From Alphaproteobacteria bacterium (GTDB lineage: Bacteria > Pseudomonadota > Alphaproteobacteria > SP197), in contig OZ219920.1 of NCBI GenBank assembly GCA_964291415.2, positions 288,001-352,000 on the forward strand: a DNA stretch of 64,000 nt. The letters run 5' to 3'. A program made the position numbers and the translations under genes. Below the pieces are notes generated by a model. That model searched no databases and was not told where the DNA came from. It was given only the letters and a program-made list of their open reading frames with translations. Positions 61,319-64,000 of the stretch are shown piece by piece. Position 1 is the stretch's first letter. Each line of letters begins with the position of its first letter.

Positions 61319-62496
61319 ACGGGGGTTCCCGGACTGGGTGCGTCTTCCTTCAGATAGCTGCCGAGGTCCGGGCGAACCGGTCCGCTCGCCCCGCCATGGA
61401 GGATGGCGAGTCCACTGTCGGCTTCAAAGAAGTGAAGCTGCTCAAGGTCGATGTAGAGAGGAATTCGGGCCCCGGGAACCGCCTGGAAGGTTGGCCCCTG
61501 CCTCACCGAGATTTCCTGTCCGTCGCCAAGGTCAGCGACGAGGATGACCTCCGGTCCGAGGACTTCGACAGCAACCACGCTGATATCGACCCTGTGATGG
61601 GTGCCGTCGGCAGGCTCCTCCGTGTGGACGTCCTCGGGTCGGATGCCGACCACGATCTCGGAACCGGCATGCCGTCTCAGCGGCGCCTGTCGGTGGCGCG
61701 GAATGGGCAGGTTGATCGCTGACAGTCCGACCTCGTCGACGCCGTGATGGCCTGTCAGCCGCGCCTTGAGGAGATTCATCGGCGGGCTGGCGAGGAAACC
61801 GGCGACGAAAGAGTCCGCCGGGTGCCGATAGACTTCGAGGGGTGGTCCGACCTGGATGATCCGGCCTTCCCGCATGATGCAGATACGCTCTCCCATGGTC
61901 ATGGCCTCGACCTGATCATGGGTGACATGCACGACGGTCTTGCCGAGCATGCGATGGATCTTGATGAGTTCCGTGCGCATGGCGGCGCGCAGTTTGGCGT
62001 CGAGGTTGGACAGGGGCTCGTCGAGAAGGAAGGCCTCGGGGTCACGGACCAGTGCCCGGCCCAGCGCCACCCGCTGTTGCTGGCCGCCGCTCAATTCACT
62101 GGGGCGGCGGTCCAGCAGGTCGTCGATTCCGAGCATGGCCGTGGTGTCGCGGATGCGCCTGTCAATGACGTCCCTTGGCGTCTTGCGGAGCTTCAGGCCA
62201 AAGGCAAGATTGCGTTCCACCGTCATGTGCGGATAGAGCGCGTAGTTCTGGAACACCACGGCAAGGTCGCGGTCTGCCGGATCGACGTCGTTGACGATCT
62301 CGCCATCGATCTTCAGGTTGCCCGCGGTCACTTCCTCGAGGCCGGCGATCATCCGAAGCGTGGTTGACTTGCCGCAGCCCGAAGGACCCAGCAGGACCAT
62401 GAACTCACCCTCACGGATTTCGAGATCGATGTTGTCGACCGCGAGAATGTCCTGGCCGTAGACCTTGGTCACACCTTCAAGAACGATGTTGGCCAC
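61315..62496 (-). CDS. Carbohydrate ABC transporter ATP-binding protein (MalK/UgpC-like)
   Basis: GPSGCGKST, VFQNYALYPH, LSGGQQQR and LDEPLSNLD. Confidence 0.95.
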   Translation of the reverse strand: MANIVLEGVTKVYGQDILAVDNIDLEIREGEFMVLLGPSGCGKSTTLRMIAGLEEVTAGNLKIDGEIVNDVDPADRDLAVVFQNYALYPHMTVERNLAFGLKLRKTPRDVIDRRIRDTTAMLGIDDLLDRRPSELSGGQQQRVALGRALVRDPEAFLLDEPLSNLDAKLRAAMRTELIKIHRMLGKTVVHVTHDQVEAMTMGERICIMREGRIIQVGPPLEVYRHPADSFVAGFLASPPMNLLKARLTGHHGVDEVGLSAINLPIPRHRQAPLRRHAGSEIVVGIRPEDVHTEEPADGTHHRVDISVVAVEVLGPEVILVADLGDGQEISVRQGPTFQAVPGARIPLYIDLEQLHFFEADSGLAILHGGASGPVRPDLGSYLKEDAPSPGTPV

Positions 62497-62509
62497 GGGT
62501 GAGGTCCTC

Positions 62510-63406
62510 CTACTTCAGCGAGTTCATGTACCGGTAGAGATAGGCCGTCAGGGCCAGGATGATCACCAGGAGGCCGGCCGCCATGGCGGAGGCGCGCCCG
62601 ATATCGAGCCCGAAGAACGCGGCCCGGTAGATGTAGTAGCTGATGAGATCGGTGGCCGTGCCCGGTCCACCCTTGGTCATGATGAAGACGATGTCGAAGG
62701 TCTTGATGGCAAAGATCAGCCGCAACAGGACCGCCACTGCGATCACCGGCCGCATCAGGGGCAGGGTGATGTGGATGAAGCAGCTGATGGTCGAGGCGCC
62801 ATCCATGCGCGCCGCTTCGTAGGGTTCCCGTGGCAGTGCGGCCAGCCCGGCGACCAGCAGGATGGCCATGAAGGAGACCTGGTGCCAGATATCGGTCAGC
62901 ACCACGGTCCAGAAGGCGACATCGGCATCGCCGAGCCAGCTCACCGGCGAGATTCCGACGAGGCCGATGGCGTAGTTGACGATGCCGAGTTCCGAATGGA
63001 GCAGCATGCGCCACAGGAGACCGACGACGACGGGATTGATGAGAAGGGGGGCGAGCAGGATGAGGTAGTAGATCGATTGAAAGCGCCGGGTGGCATGAAG
63101 TGACAGGGCCACCGCAAAACCGATGATGAACTCGATGACGACGGATGCCAGGACGAACTTCGTCGTCACCCAGAGCGAGCCTGGCAGATACTCCTCGTCG
63201 AGCGCCTCCTGGTAATTCTCCAGGCCGACAAAGGTGTCGTAGTTGGGCGTCAGGAGCGTGTAGTCGTGGATGCTCGTGAACAGGGTGAAGAACAGCGGGA
63301 ACGTGATGACAAGGAGAAGGGCCAGGAGACCCGGCGCCGTGAGCAGAAGCCCGAAGCGCCGGTCTCTCCCGGCAAGTGTCAGTCCGCCAGCCGAGGCCAC
63401 GGACAT
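62510..63406 (-). CDS. Carbohydrate ABC transporter permease (MalF-like)
   Basis: FVGLENY, EAARMDGA EAA loop, TKGGPG.AT. Confidence 0.93.
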   Translation of the reverse strand: MSVASAGGLTLAGRDRRFGLLLTAPGLLALLLVITFPLFFTLFTSIHDYTLLTPNYDTFVGLENYQEALDEEYLPGSLWVTTKFVLASVVIEFIIGFAVALSLHATRRFQSIYYLILLAPLLINPVVVGLLWRMLLHSELGIVNYAIGLVGISPVSWLGDADVAFWTVVLTDIWHQVSFMAILLVAGLAALPREPYEAARMDGASTISCFIHITLPLMRPVIAVAVLLRLIFAIKTFDIVFIMTKGGPGTATDLISYYIYRAAFFGLDIGRASAMAAGLLVIILALTAYLYRYMNSLK

Positions 63407-63424
63407 GATACGATGTCTCTGGGC

Positions 63425-64000
63425 CTACTCCTCGATCTTGCCGTCCTTGACGAGCAGGGCGTGCAGCTTCTCCTGGGCCGCGGCCATCGCCTCGGCAACC
63501 GGCTTTTCGCCGGTGGCCGCAAGATTGAGTTCCAGACCCACCTGTTCGACGAACTCCGTGGTGTACGTGAACACCGGGAAGTCCTTCGTTCCGGCAAGGA
63601 TCTCGCCCAGGATCGGGTAATAGGGCCGCGCGGCCATGACATCGGGATCGGTGAAGATCTGGGCCTGGGTCGGCGCTCCGCCGAGCATGGCCCGTTCCTT
63701 GGCCACCGCCGGTGATTCGGCCCACTTCATGAAGGTCCACGCGGCGTCCTTGTTCGGGCTGGAATTGGGAATCGCCCAGCCCCATCCACCATTCAGGCCG
63801 CCGCCCGGATTGGGCGTGATGCCGACCTTGCCGGCGACTTCGGAGGATTCAGGATCCTCGAAACCGGCATAGAGGATGTTGAAGGTCACGAAGCTGTAGG
63901 CCCGGCCCTGCGCCATCACGTTGAAGGCCTCATCGAAGCAGTACGCTTCGGAACCGGCCGGACTGTAGTTCTCCACGGCCTCCCGGTAGTACTCCATCGC
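63425..64000 (-). CDS. Carbohydrate ABC substrate-binding protein, C-terminal part (truncated by window edge)
   Basis: SEVAGKVG, GGWGWAIP..S.NKDAAWTF; upstream of permease. Confidence 0.85.
   Translation of the reverse strand, partial: AMEYYREAVENYSPAGSEAYCFDEAFNVMAQGRAYSFVTFNILYAGFEDPESSEVAGKVGITPNPGGGLNGGWGWAIPNSSPNKDAAWTFMKWAESPAVAKERAMLGGAPTQAQIFTDPDVMAARPYYPILGEILAGTKDFPVFTYTTEFVEQVGLELNLAATGEKPVAEAMAAAQEKLHALLVKDGKIEE

Overview
This is a GC-rich bacterial window, probably alphaproteobacterial (inferred from gene style), with about 65 genes. Most are accessory catabolic enzymes and transporters: purine and histidine degradation, carnitine/betaine-type metabolism, SDRs, amidohydrolases and ABC transporters. 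One tRNA-Asn(GTT) is present; I found no CRISPR array, integrase or transposase. Five things stand out. (1) A secreted protein of about 303 aa has 45 Cys in nested [17 protein letters not shown] repeats that form two ATGLAAG-led modules. It is flanked by an FGE-like CxxC enzyme, a His-rich DUF6969-like protein and an exported rhodanese, and is a candidate undescribed metal/sulfur-binding or RiPP-like system. (2) A bufferin-type MNIO RiPP operon (DUF2282-DUF692-DUF2063-DoxX) is split by an Xre/MbcA-RES toxin-antitoxin cassette. (3) Four solo TA cassettes occur, one (HicAB) inside a ~370-bp duplication of a host gene's 3' end. (4) An HNH nuclease sits next to a Schlafen/AlbA-HATPase protein with an unusual C-terminal tail, a candidate defence pair. 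(5) Several frameshifts and micro-duplications point to either assembly error or gene decay. All family calls come from motif recognition by eye, not database searches.
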